Shown one piece after another: positions 46,891 to 54,810 of a stretch of DNA of 64,000 nucleotides. The notes beneath the pieces are model-generated. The model searched no databases. It was not told where the DNA came from and was given only the letters and a program-made list of their open reading frames with translations. A program made the translations under genes and the position numbers. The stretch's first letter is position 1, and each line of letters opens with the position of its first letter. Source of the stretch: a virus; the IMG/VR virus record IMGVR_UViG_3300022699_000302, positions 32,001 to 96,000 of that record. The stretch is one strand, 5' to 3'.

Positions 46891-47220
46891 TCAGTTCTTG
46901 TAGATTTTCTCAAGATCTTCAGGAGAGAGGACATCAGGATCCTCTTTCCATTCTTCTGTACCGAAGATTCGGTACTCCGCGCAGATTTTCTTGCGGTGCT
47001 TCTCCAGCCACTCTAGCAACTGACCACAGGCCTCGACTCGTTGCTTGTAGTTCTCGAACTCTCGGAAGGTCAACCACGATCCTTCGGGATCGCCGTAGAA
47101 CCATACCCGGAGACCATCTTCGTCCACTGCTTTTATCACAGTGAACTGCGCATTCTCCGGTTCTCCTTTTGGAATGGCGGTCAACCTCCACAAGATGACC
47201 CGTAATTTCTTGATGTTCAT
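46891..47220 (-). CDS. Hypothetical protein
   Basis: AGGAGG RBS. Confidence 0.7.
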   Translation of the reverse strand: MNIKKLRVILWRLTAIPKGEPENAQFTVIKAVDEDGLRVWFYGDPEGSWLTFREFENYKQRVEACGQLLEWLEKHRKKICAEYRIFGTEEWKEDPDVLSPEDLEKIYKN

Positions 47221-47249
47221 ACCAACCTCCTGGAATAGTGTCTCTACAG

Positions 47250-47258
47250 TCTTAGGCC
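47250..47258 (-). promoter_or_regulatory. Putative early promoter motif GGCCTAAGA
   Basis: GGCCTAAGACTGTAGAG. Confidence 0.65.
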
Positions 47259-47298
47259 GCATATGAACTAAAAAGATAGGGCCCCGAAGGGCCCTATT

Positions 47299-47583
47299 CT
47301 AGTCTTTGTTCTGCTCGTACCTCTCAACTGCAGTACCAGCGGTACCGACGAGGGTACAGAGGCCCGCGATGATGGAAGCAGTCATCAGTAGAGCAAAGAC
47401 TACTTCGTGGGCGTTCTCGGCGCTCCAGCCTCCGCCTACCTGAGCGCCTTGCACCAGCCAGCCGCCGAAAAACCAAAGGGGAAAAATGCAACCGAGGCCC
47501 AGCCATCCCCCGATGGCCAGACGTAAGAAGACAGCTACGCGGCTGCGCCGCCGAAGCTGTCGAAGCTCTTCGTGCTCATTCAT
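47299..47583 (-). CDS. Membrane protein, 2 TM
   Basis: AAGGA RBS; two hydrophobic segments. Confidence 0.65.
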   Translation of the reverse strand: MNEHEELRQLRRRSRVAVFLRLAIGGWLGLGCIFPLWFFGGWLVQGAQVGGGWSAENAHEVVFALLMTASIIAGLCTLVGTAGTAVERYEQNKD

Positions 47584-47659
47584 GGGTTCCTTTCTCTCAA
47601 AGTAGAACAGGCTCCCCGAGGGGGCTAGGGAGCCTGTTCTGGTGGTGAGGTGAATGGGT

Positions 47660-47890
47660 TTAGTTGACGGGTTTGTCTTTGCCCTGCAGGTAGTCGCGGT
47701 TGACCTTCCAGAACTCCGCAAACTTCTCGGAGTCCCCGATCTTTTTCCCCAGCGACAGCGTCTCGTCCGGGGTCATTTTATTGGCCTTGTCTATCGCGGC
47801 CTCTACTTGATCGGCGGATTCGGGATCACCGTCGAACTCTAGCTCAACAGTGGTTTCCTCCGCAACTACAACTTGAATCTTTATGGGCAT
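47660..47890 (-). CDS. Small acidic protein directly downstream of array 1
   Basis: GAGG RBS abuts the last repeat. Confidence 0.65.
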   Translation of the reverse strand: MPIKIQVVVAEETTVELEFDGDPESADQVEAAIDKANKMTPDETLSLGKKIGDSEKFAEFWKVNRDYLQGKDKPVN

Positions 47891-47900
47891 AAGATTTCCT

Positions 47901-48518
47901 CGGTTCACTCGCGGTCGACGTTGCTGTCCGTGTGTACGGCTCACTCTGCGGCAGTGTTACAGTTGTTGACGACGATTCACTTCTACGGCACGGCGTGGCT
48001 CACCTCGTACGGTTCACTCTTTTTGTACGGAACAGTTCTACGTCCCGGTTCACTCCTAATGAAGCAGTTCCAGGTCTAGGCTCAATCCTGTGTAGTGGTA
48101 CAGTCGGTGACGACGTTTCGATCAGCGCTTGCGGTGTAATCCAGAGTTGACGGCTCATTCCGGGTGCTTGGTACATTCGGGCGGGACGATTCATTCAACG
48201 AATCGGTACAATTTCTTTCTGCGATTGCTTTTCCTCTGAGAAACAGTCAAAGCCTACGGCTCATTTCATCTAAACAAAGCTTTCGCCAATGTCGATTCAT
48301 TCTGTTCATGCGTAGCTATCTTTTGATGTGATTCATTCGAGGCAAGCGGTACAGTCTCTTATGACGAGTCATTCGACGCAAACACTACAGTCAAATATGC
48401 CGATTCATTCGTTTGTTTTGGAGCAGTTCCTCCTGCCGATTCGATTTGTTACTCCGGTACTGACGTGTGTTACGTCTCGGTCGCGCGGATCGAAACAGTT
48501 ACCTGCTTCGATTAAAGG
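47901..48518 (-). repeat. 36-nt dual-repeat/dual-spacer array 1 (TIGR-like), 17 units
   Basis: Unit starts on + at 47901, 47937, 47973, 48010, 48046, 48078, 48114, 48151, 48187, 48222, 48257, 48293, 48329, 48365, 48401, 48437, 48473, 48509. Minus-strand consensus GARTGARYCG-N8-RACTGTWCCR-N8. Confidence 0.85.
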
Positions 48519-48520
48519 TG

Positions 48521-48650
48521 ATCAGGGCGACAAGGTGGCGTAGAGATACTAGAGCTCTTCCAGTTGAGCTACGGCCGAAGCCGACGGGACTCGAACCCGC
48601 AACCTCTTCGTTATCAGCGAAATGTAATCCCTACAGGTATTCGCCCTGAT
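48521..48650 (-). ncRNA. yrlA: YrlA-type Y RNA (tRNA-like, T arm before D arm)
   Basis: 10-bp terminal stem ATCAGGGCGA/TCGCCCTGAT with CCTTG; T arm GCGGGTTCGAGTCCCGT; CGGC-TTCG-GCCG closed acceptor; D arm TAGCTCAACTGGAAGAGC. Confidence 0.85.
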
Positions 48651-48651
48651 T

Positions 48652-48816
48652 TTAAATCTCATCGAATTCAGTGAGTTGGTGCTGGTCACGCTCTTTCGGG
48701 CTCATATTATCCCAGCAGCTCTTACAGACCACCGGGTACCCATGAGAATCCTCAAAGCAGCTTCCGCAGCACGAGCATTGAAGGCCTTCGACGATATCGT
48801 CAGCAATCTCTCCCAT
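48652..48816 (-). CDS. Small Cys-rich (Zn-finger) protein, 54 aa
   Basis: MGEIADDIVEGLQCSCCG...HGYPVVCKSCW; not in the ORF track (<60 aa). Confidence 0.65.
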   Translation of the reverse strand: MGEIADDIVEGLQCSCCGSCFEDSHGYPVVCKSCWDNMSPKERDQHQLTEFDEI

Positions 48817-48846
48817 CACTTCTTCTTTGCGTGAGATAAAAAGAAG

Positions 48847-48949
48847 CCACCGACAGGTCGCGTCATAAGCCTATCCCCTCTCGTCATCGGCGGATTTCCA
48901 GGGAGACGTGACTACAGGGAGCTTCGTACCCAAGATGGGCTGTCGGTGG
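48847..48949 (-). ncRNA. Unknown structured RNA E
   Basis: Perfect 10-bp terminal stem CCACCGACAG/CTGTCGGTGG. Confidence 0.6.
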
Positions 48950-48975
48950 TGCCACTCCTCAAGCGGCAAAACAGA

Positions 48976-49113
48976 GAGAGTAACTGGGGGAAGGCTACTA
49001 TTCCCGGGGAAAGGCGGTCGCGACAGGTCAAACCTTTCCGTCTTCTTGTGTGACTTCAACCCTTCGTGCATCACACTCAGACGCCCTCGTTGTTTTGAAC
49101 ACCAGTTACTCTC
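48976..49113 (-). ncRNA. Unknown structured RNA D
   Basis: Perfect 12-bp terminal stem GAGAGTAACTGG/CCAGTTACTCTC with internal hairpins. Confidence 0.65.
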
Positions 49114-49121
49114 AAAAGGCT

Positions 49122-49230
49122 AGCAGCAGGCGCGGGTCGTCCGTCTTTCTAAAGCGCCCCCGAGCGCGGGATCTGCGCCGGCGCCGGGCCGAGGTTTAGG
49201 TGCCTCGGTAGCCACCATGTTCCTGCTGCT
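49122..49230 (-). ncRNA. Unknown structured RNA C
   Basis: 9-bp terminal stem AGCAGCAGG/CCTGCTGCT; GC-rich internal hairpins. Confidence 0.6.
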
Positions 49231-49243
49231 GTAAGGAAGGTCA

Positions 49244-49371
49244 GGGAGTAGGGTGTATACTGTGCCGTTCGGACTATAATCCTACCCACCTCTCGGCTTC
49301 GACGTGTATTTCAACACGCTAGGCCAGCCACCCATCGGCTATTTGCCTCTAGGCCACACTCGCCTACTCCC
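49244..49371 (-). ncRNA. Unknown structured RNA B
   Basis: 9-bp terminal stem GGGAGTAGG/CCTACTCCC with internal hairpins. Confidence 0.6.
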
Positions 49372-49381
49372 ATAAAACCAT

Positions 49382-49494
49382 GCGCGGAGAAACTACTGGC
49401 CGGCAGTGGGTCCAAACCCGAAAGCCTATCCCGACTCAGCAGGGTGTGCCATCGAAGGCAGCAGATTCCTAAAGGTCTGCCACTCTCCCCGCGC
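49382..49494 (-). ncRNA. Unknown structured RNA A
   Basis: 11-bp terminal stem GCGCGGGGAGA/TTTCTCCGCGC whose mismatches are G-U pairs only on the minus strand; starts ~15 nt after the promoter motif. Confidence 0.65.
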
Positions 49495-49509
49495 GAAAAG
49501 TGTCTACTG

Positions 49510-49518
49510 TCTTAGGCC
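49510..49518 (-). promoter_or_regulatory. Putative early promoter motif GGCCTAAGA driving the ncRNA cluster
   Basis: GGCCTAAGACAGTAGA. Confidence 0.65.
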
Positions 49519-49538
49519 GAACTCGGCCGGGAAAATGG

Positions 49539-49682
49539 TGCGGTGACAAGGTGTTGGAGAGATATTTACGCGCTCTATCCACTGAGCTACCCCACCACTT
49601 AGCTATGGTGGTGGGGGTGAGGAATCGAACCTCACGACCTCGTCCTTATGATGGAATGTAATCCCTCACGGCATTCACCGCA
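49539..49682 (-). ncRNA. yrlA: YrlA-type Y RNA (tRNA-like, T arm before D arm)
   Basis: Terminal stem TGCGGTGA/TCACCGCA with CCTTG; T arm GTGAGGTTCGATTCCTCAC; closed acceptor CCCCACCA..TGGTGGGG; D arm TAGCTCAGTGGATAGAGC; adjacent to Ro60. Confidence 0.87.
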
Positions 49683-50010
49683 TTTTCGTTTCGCGTCTCA
49701 GGCACAATCGGCTGCTACGACTCGTTCTTCATGTGCGCTACAGACGATATAGGCAACTCATTCAGACACTACGAGACCGTCTAGTTTGACGATTCGCTCG
49801 GTTGGTTCGAGACGCTCTAGAGATCCAGCTCGTTCTTCATGCACGTTGTGGTCATTTGAAGTGACTCACTCATTGACTACGGAGCCTGCGTTCAGCACGG
49901 TTCATTTTGCATCGGAGGATACGGTCGTCTGTGACGATTCAATGTTGGCGGACCGACAAGGTTGTGTGGAGTCACGGTTCATTTCCAGTAATGATGTAGA
50001 CCCCTACGGC
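49682..50010 (-). repeat. 36-nt dual-repeat array 2 (TIGR-like), ~9 units
   Basis: Unit starts on + at 49682, 49718, 49754, 49790, 49826, 49862, 49898 (36 apart), then 49935 and 49975; same two motifs as array 1. Confidence 0.78.
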
Positions 50011-50020
50011 ATTCGGTCCA

Positions 50021-50043
50021 TTGGTTGCGTCGGATGAAACCAA
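50021..50043. repeat. 23-bp palindromic element, copy 7
   Basis: TTGGTTGCGTCGGATGAAACCAA. Confidence 0.75.
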
Positions 50044-50072
50044 GTTGTCAAAGAAGCCACAAGAGGGCCCGG

Positions 50073-51686
50073 TTATACCAGGCCCTTCTTGATGGCGTCA
50101 ACCCAGTGATTCGTGCCCCCTCTGTCTTCCAGGAAGGTTGAGATGGCGTCGAACACTGAGTCATTGAACCCCCCAACATTCAGAACGTCGGGACGATTCA
50201 CGACCTGTGTGGTCGGGTGGGGCTGAAGGTCGATTAAGACCAACTTGGCATCGGGTCGGTCGGCTCGCTTTTTCCACTCATCCCAGTAATACTGCAGACC
50301 AGTACGATTCTTGGTGTAGTGGCGTGCAGGATCATTGGAGAAGTCCGCCCAGGACTCCATGTCCGAGAGAATGACAACAGCATCGAGATCGAATATCTTG
50401 TTGTCGATCAAGTACTGGATCGCCGAACTACAATCAGTCCCCCCGCCGGAACGTGCCAGCTGATTTACCAGGGTAAAAATGGAGTCACGGTCGGTAACCG
50501 ACGCGAGTTTCGCTGCAGTATCAAATTGGACGACCTTTGCGTCGGGCTGGGAGTGAAGGATGCATGCTGCCATGAGCGCTGCAACCTCACAGCATCGCAC
50601 GTCCCGGGCACCGGCACGCCTCCAGCCTCCCCGGGTGGTGGCCTTACCGACTGCGAGAGCTTGCATCGAGTACGACACGTCCACGCAAACAGCTGCCTTT
50701 CCGAAACGGGGCACGTTATCGATCGAGATCTCGACCGTATCGTGCAAGGCATTTTTGATCTTGGTCGGAATGCCTTCATTGAGGTGGCGGTAGGTCTGGT
50801 AGAGCTGGTACGGGAAGATCCGCTGCTTCTTGATTTGCTCCACATCGGTCAGCTGTTCGACTGCATACTCGACGAATCCCGTATCCTTGAGCACTTCATG
50901 GCGCTCCAGGGTATTGAGGTTCATCCGAAGAGCATGAAGTCCCATCTGGTGCCCCAAGACCTTCCAGTCCCGGGTCGAGAGATCGGGGATCGAAGTCAGG
51001 AGGCGAAACTCGATGCCCTTGGGCTTGCGGTTGCGATACCCCGCCTTCCATTCCTCGAAAACCTTCGCTACTTCGGGGAGCAGCTCCTCGTTGTAGTTGC
51101 GCCCGATCAGGTATGCATACAGGTTTGAGCGGGCTTGATCCGAGGGCTTGGGATGGATCATGTGAATGATGTCAGCGATCGACGGATCGTTACCAACTGA
51201 ATCCCTGAACAGAGCGGCGGGATGACGCTTGTTCAACCAGTGCTCGATCAGCTTCTTCAGCCAGGTGCCGAAGCTTTTTCGACCGAACCGCCCCGAACGA
51301 ATGAATTGCGCGAAGTTGCGGAGCATCCTCCCGTTATCGATCACATGCGGGAATGCCTCGTTGAACTTAACACGGTCGACTCCGGTCTGACTTGCCGCGA
51401 ACGCCATGAGAGCGGCCGGCATATCCTTCATCCACGCTTTCTTGCGCGAGTACACCGCGACATCGATGACGAAGTTCGGGTCGACCTTGCGCGCAGCCTC
51501 CAGGAGGGTCTCGAGCTGCTTCTCGCCGGTGGCGTAGAACGTGTTGTAAAAAGTACCGGTACACGCGTATTGTGCCAAGAGCTCTTCCGGATCGAGCTTC
51601 ATAGCGGCGCCTCCAGCCTCGTTGACCGTATGCTTGACCTCGATCTCGTGGGCCTTGGCTGACTTGAACATTTTCTTGTTCGCCAT
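50073..51686 (-). CDS. rsr: Ro60/TROVE-vWA RNA-binding protein
   Basis: NEAGGAA..L.P...LAQYACTGTF.NTFYA...VYSR...MKDMPA TROVE motifs; vWA MIDAS DVSYS, GGGTDCS, LSDMESW, LIDLQP..GGFNDSVF. Confidence 0.93.
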   Translation of the reverse strand: MANKKMFKSAKAHEIEVKHTVNEAGGAAMKLDPEELLAQYACTGTFYNTFYATGEKQLETLLEAARKVDPNFVIDVAVYSRKKAWMKDMPAALMAFAASQTGVDRVKFNEAFPHVIDNGRMLRNFAQFIRSGRFGRKSFGTWLKKLIEHWLNKRHPAALFRDSVGNDPSIADIIHMIHPKPSDQARSNLYAYLIGRNYNEELLPEVAKVFEEWKAGYRNRKPKGIEFRLLTSIPDLSTRDWKVLGHQMGLHALRMNLNTLERHEVLKDTGFVEYAVEQLTDVEQIKKQRIFPYQLYQTYRHLNEGIPTKIKNALHDTVEISIDNVPRFGKAAVCVDVSYSMQALAVGKATTRGGWRRAGARDVRCCEVAALMAACILHSQPDAKVVQFDTAAKLASVTDRDSIFTLVNQLARSGGGTDCSSAIQYLIDNKIFDLDAVVILSDMESWADFSNDPARHYTKNRTGLQYYWDEWKKRADRPDAKLVLIDLQPHPTTQVVNRPDVLNVGGFNDSVFDAISTFLEDRGGTNHWVDAIKKGLV

Positions 51687-51730
51687 TTGGGTCTCCTGTT
51701 CCCAACAAAAAAGAAAGCAGTATTGCTCTA

Positions 51731-51739
51731 CCTTAGGCC
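51731..51739 (-). promoter_or_regulatory. Putative early promoter motif (GGCCTAAGG) upstream of Ro60
   Basis: GGCCTAAGGTAGAG. Confidence 0.55.
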
Positions 51740-51761
51740 AGATCACCAACGAAATCTGGGT

Positions 51762-52223
51762 TCATGTCCTGAGTTTGAGCTCGACAAAAGTATGCAGATC
51801 CCACCACGGCACTAATCCCTCAGCAGACCATAACAACACGGGGAGCGGGTGCGGGTCATCGCCGTCAGCGAAATCGTCCTTTATTGCGCGGATGCCGCTA
51901 ACCTCGACAGAGTTGGTAGACATGTTTTTTGGAGGATGCCCTACGTGAAGGATGGGGGGAGATTCATTTCCGTACCTCTTGTAATAGATCAGTGAAGGAG
52001 GTTCTTTGGAAAAGCGGACTTTCCTCCAAAAGCAAGTAAACATGAATCGAAATCCCTCTGCAGCCTTCTCTTCCTGCATGTTTCGGATTTCACTTAGAGG
52101 GACTAAGCGGTCGGTTTTATTCCCGTAATAGAGCCGGATGTGCGGGCGATAGACAAGATGTTCCATCCGAGAGGCTGGTCTCTTCTTCTTCTTTAGATAC
52201 ATCTCTACTGTCGTTTCCGTCAT
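51762..52223 (-). CDS. WW-motif family protein
   Basis: Ends PWWDLHTFVEL. Confidence 0.72.
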   Translation of the reverse strand: MTETTVEMYLKKKKRPASRMEHLVYRPHIRLYYGNKTDRLVPLSEIRNMQEEKAAEGFRFMFTCFWRKVRFSKEPPSLIYYKRYGNESPPILHVGHPPKNMSTNSVEVSGIRAIKDDFADGDDPHPLPVLLWSAEGLVPWWDLHTFVELKLRT

Positions 52224-52227
52224 TTCG

Positions 52228-53613
52228 TCATCTCCAGTTCCTTGCCTCCTGTGCTTCGAGATCCCACTTGCGATTCAATGCGACTTGGATACAGATCTCT
52301 TGAAAGCTGGCCGGCGTGATTTCTTGGTGGCGTTGGGCTAATTCCTTAATCTCGTCGGAATGGCCGAGGTCTCCTATGATCCGTTCAGCCATAGTCAGAC
52401 GTCCTTCATATCCAAGATTTCCGAGCTCGACTACGCGGTCGACACGTCCAGGCCGTGAACCAACTTCATCGGTGGAACCTCCGCCCAGAGCCGGATCCAA
52501 AACATCGAGGCGATTAGTAGTGATGAACAAAAGAGTGCCGTCGGTTCGGTCGACACCATCGATCAGGTTGAGGAGGCAGTCGAAAGTCACACCCTGAACG
52601 TCGTTCGGAGCTGCGATGTTCTTCCGACCTTCGAACACACCATCGATGTCCTCAATAAGGATGATGCGCCGGCGGTAGAGCTGGCATCTTAAGCTCCATG
52701 CCTTGCTCAGATACTGGTTGTCCATTGATGCCAAATCGAAGATATAGATTGGGAGGTCGAAGTTCTGACCGACAGCTCGTACAAAACTGGACTTGCCGGT
52801 ACCCGGTTTTCCGTGAAAGACGTAACCACGCCTCCAAGGGATGCTGCGCTCCTGGTACCATTCGCGATGATCCAGCCAGAATTGAATTTCTTGCAGGATA
52901 CGCTTTTGATCGGATCCCAGAATCAGAGATTTGAAGGCGTCAGATCCTTGATTCTCGCCAATATCATCCCAGTCAAATCCTAATGCCAGATTGGATCTGA
53001 GACTCATATCGGCACCGCCTGAACCGCTTCTCGCTAGAGACGGAGACTCTCCTTCGGCGGAAGCATTCTCACCTTTACGTAGATTTCCGATGACGTATTC
53101 GACGAAGAAGTCTGTCGACTCTGCCTCTTCCCTTTTCTTGCGCTCTTCTCGTTGCTTATTCAGTATCCTCAAACCTTGATTGATGAAGTGATAGTAGGGG
53201 AAGCTCCATCGGACAAAGCGGACCATCGTGGGATGTGAGATTCTCTGGCCTTCCTTTGGTTCCTCTTTTGATGGCTCAAACCAGACCGGACGAAAATTGA
53301 CCCAGAAGATGTTGGAGTGCTTGTTCAAGTTTTCGAAAGCGACATGCTGCCAATCACCTTTAGACTTGAGGAAAGCAAGGAAGGCAGTGAATGAGCGAAT
53401 ACCTAGCTTTCGGCGGCGTCCTCGGGATCCGAGATATTTCTGGATCGCCATGCTGAGCTCGTGATCATTGATTTGCTGGGGGACGACGATGAAAGAGAAC
53501 ATCTTGATCAGGAACTGACGACTCTTGTTCCATGCAGTGGCGGCATAACCAAGAACGAGAATTCCGGTTGCCCCAATGGCAGCCTCGAGACCGCCGATAG
53601 CAGGTAGTTCCAC
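52228..53613 (-). CDS. BCS1-like AAA+ ATPase with N-terminal TM
   Basis: WY.ER.IPWRRGYVFHGKPGTGKSS (Walker A), IILIEDID (Walker B), LLNLIDG, ITTN....LDPAL..RPGRVD. Confidence 0.9.
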   Translation of the reverse strand: MELPAIGGLEAAIGATGILVLGYAATAWNKSRQFLIKMFSFIVVPQQINDHELSMAIQKYLGSRGRRRKLGIRSFTAFLAFLKSKGDWQHVAFENLNKHSNIFWVNFRPVWFEPSKEEPKEGQRISHPTMVRFVRWSFPYYHFINQGLRILNKQREERKKREEAESTDFFVEYVIGNLRKGENASAEGESPSLARSGSGGADMSLRSNLALGFDWDDIGENQGSDAFKSLILGSDQKRILQEIQFWLDHREWYQERSIPWRRGYVFHGKPGTGKSSFVRAVGQNFDLPIYIFDLASMDNQYLSKAWSLRCQLYRRRIILIEDIDGVFEGRKNIAAPNDVQGVTFDCLLNLIDGVDRTDGTLLFITTNRLDVLDPALGGGSTDEVGSRPGRVDRVVELGNLGYEGRLTMAERIIGDLGHSDEIKELAQRHQEITPASFQEICIQVALNRKWDLEAQEARNWR

Positions 53614-53615
53614 AG

Positions 53616-54056
53616 TTACTCCTTGTATGTCAGTTGTAGTTCAGAAAAACATGGGTGATTCCACCAATCTTGAGGCTGGTGACATCGGTAAAACGGATTA
53701 GCCCATATGAGGCGAGGAGAATAAGCGTAGGGAGGATTTAGAGCAAAAAGGTGGGGGATGTTTACCCCTGTCATGGTGTAAGTGGTTTCTGGCGAGAATA
53801 TGTCGTGTGCGTCGGATAGCCTTCGAGCATCTCCGGAAGCGCCAGATCCCCAAATGAAAAGAGGGGTCTTTGAGAGAATCAAAGCGTTTCCGTGGAAGGC
53901 TGTATAGATGAAGTTTAGGTCTATCCCGCCTCTCGCGGCCTTGAGCTTTGCTAGCGTAATAAGCTCCTCCAGGCAAGTCACCTTTCTCCACTTGTTCTCT
54001 TCTAGGATGTCTATCTTTAGCTTGGAAAACGCTACGGGTTCAGGTACAAAAGGCAT
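53616..54056 (-). CDS. WW-motif family protein
   Basis: Ends QDWWNHPCFSEL. Confidence 0.75.
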   Translation of the reverse strand: MPFVPEPVAFSKLKIDILEENKWRKVTCLEELITLAKLKAARGGIDLNFIYTAFHGNALILSKTPLFIWGSGASGDARRLSDAHDIFSPETTYTMTGVNIPHLFALNPPYAYSPRLIWANPFYRCHQPQDWWNHPCFSELQLTYKE

Positions 54057-54085
54057 GGTCGTCGATCTTTCTGTAGTAGGAAAGG

Positions 54086-54379
54086 TTACCCCCTCACTTC
54101 CCTGTGAATTGAAGACAGAAGGGTCAAGGCGTACCCTATTTGTTTTTTCGAGCCGTTGTTCTTTTGATGATCTGAGATGCCGCGTGAGGCTTCGCCCAGG
54201 ATGTCCCCGATCTCTTGGAGACGGCCGGGGAGATCCTTGAGAAGAGACCAGTACTCACCGGCTTCTTTTTTACGTTCGTCGTGGTATGTGATCATGTTGT
54301 GGTAGAGTTGGCGGTACTCATCTCGCTCGGCTACCAAGCGAGTGATCTCGTTGGACATTTCCTGTAGGGCGACCCGCAT
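54086..54379 (-). CDS. Coiled-coil hypothetical protein
   Basis: Heptad-rich; start uncertain. Confidence 0.6.
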   Translation of the reverse strand: MRVALQEMSNEITRLVAERDEYRQLYHNMITYHDERKKEAGEYWSLLKDLPGRLQEIGDILGEASRGISDHQKNNGSKKQIGYALTLLSSIHREVRG

Positions 54380-54390
54380 ATTAGGTCGAT

Positions 54391-54810
54391 TTAGGATGGG
54401 GTCTTCATCATCTTCAGGTCGGTCAGTAGGCGGGCTTCCCACCACTTTCTCCTTGATCTCGGGTGAATCCATATGATCTCCGGTACTTTGGGTCTGTGAA
54501 ATCTCTGTACATCAATCTTGGCCTCAAGGACTTTAACCAGCATTTCAGCGGAGTCCTCTCTGAAGAGTTTCCCGGTCTCATCGCGGTAAACTCCAAGACA
54601 TTGCCTGGGCCCAAGCAAAGGCTCGAACTTCGAGAGATAGATTCTAGTGCTCGAGTAACAGGTGTAAGCAAACAAAAAGTCGGGGTAGGTCCGGCGGATA
54701 AACTCAGCAGTGAGAGGAGTACCGCCGGGGGTTATAAGACCTAACTTGTCGAGTGAATCGCTTATCCGCAGAGGCTTAGTCTTTCCAGGATCTATCAGTC
54801 TAGGTGCCAC
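54391..54810 (-). CDS. WW-motif family protein
   Basis: Ends RKWWEARLLTDL. Confidence 0.7.
   Translation of the reverse strand: MAPRLIDPGKTKPLRISDSLDKLGLITPGGTPLTAEFIRRTYPDFLFAYTCYSSTRIYLSKFEPLLGPRQCLGVYRDETGKLFREDSAEMLVKVLEAKIDVQRFHRPKVPEIIWIHPRSRRKWWEARLLTDLKMMKTPS

Noticed and set aside
47901-48518. Array 1 as a 12-aa-repeat protein (minus frame reads T-V-P-x3-N-E-S-x3 with codon-like variation)
   Set aside because: That frame has several in-frame TAA stops and four frame-breaking unit-length groups (37, 32, 37, 35+35). A decayed ORF cannot be fully excluded.
48880-48900. Hammerhead-like CCGATGA core in RNA E
   Set aside because: Not the exact CUGAUGA, and no correctly placed GAAA/cleavage triplet was found.
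48521-49682. Canonical tRNA genes
   Set aside because: T arm precedes D arm, the acceptor is a closed hairpin, and there is no anticodon loop or CCA end. The layout fits YrlA.
47901-50010. CRISPR array
   Set aside because: No identical 23-47 nt repeats, variable segments are only 8-9 nt, and no cas genes are in the window.
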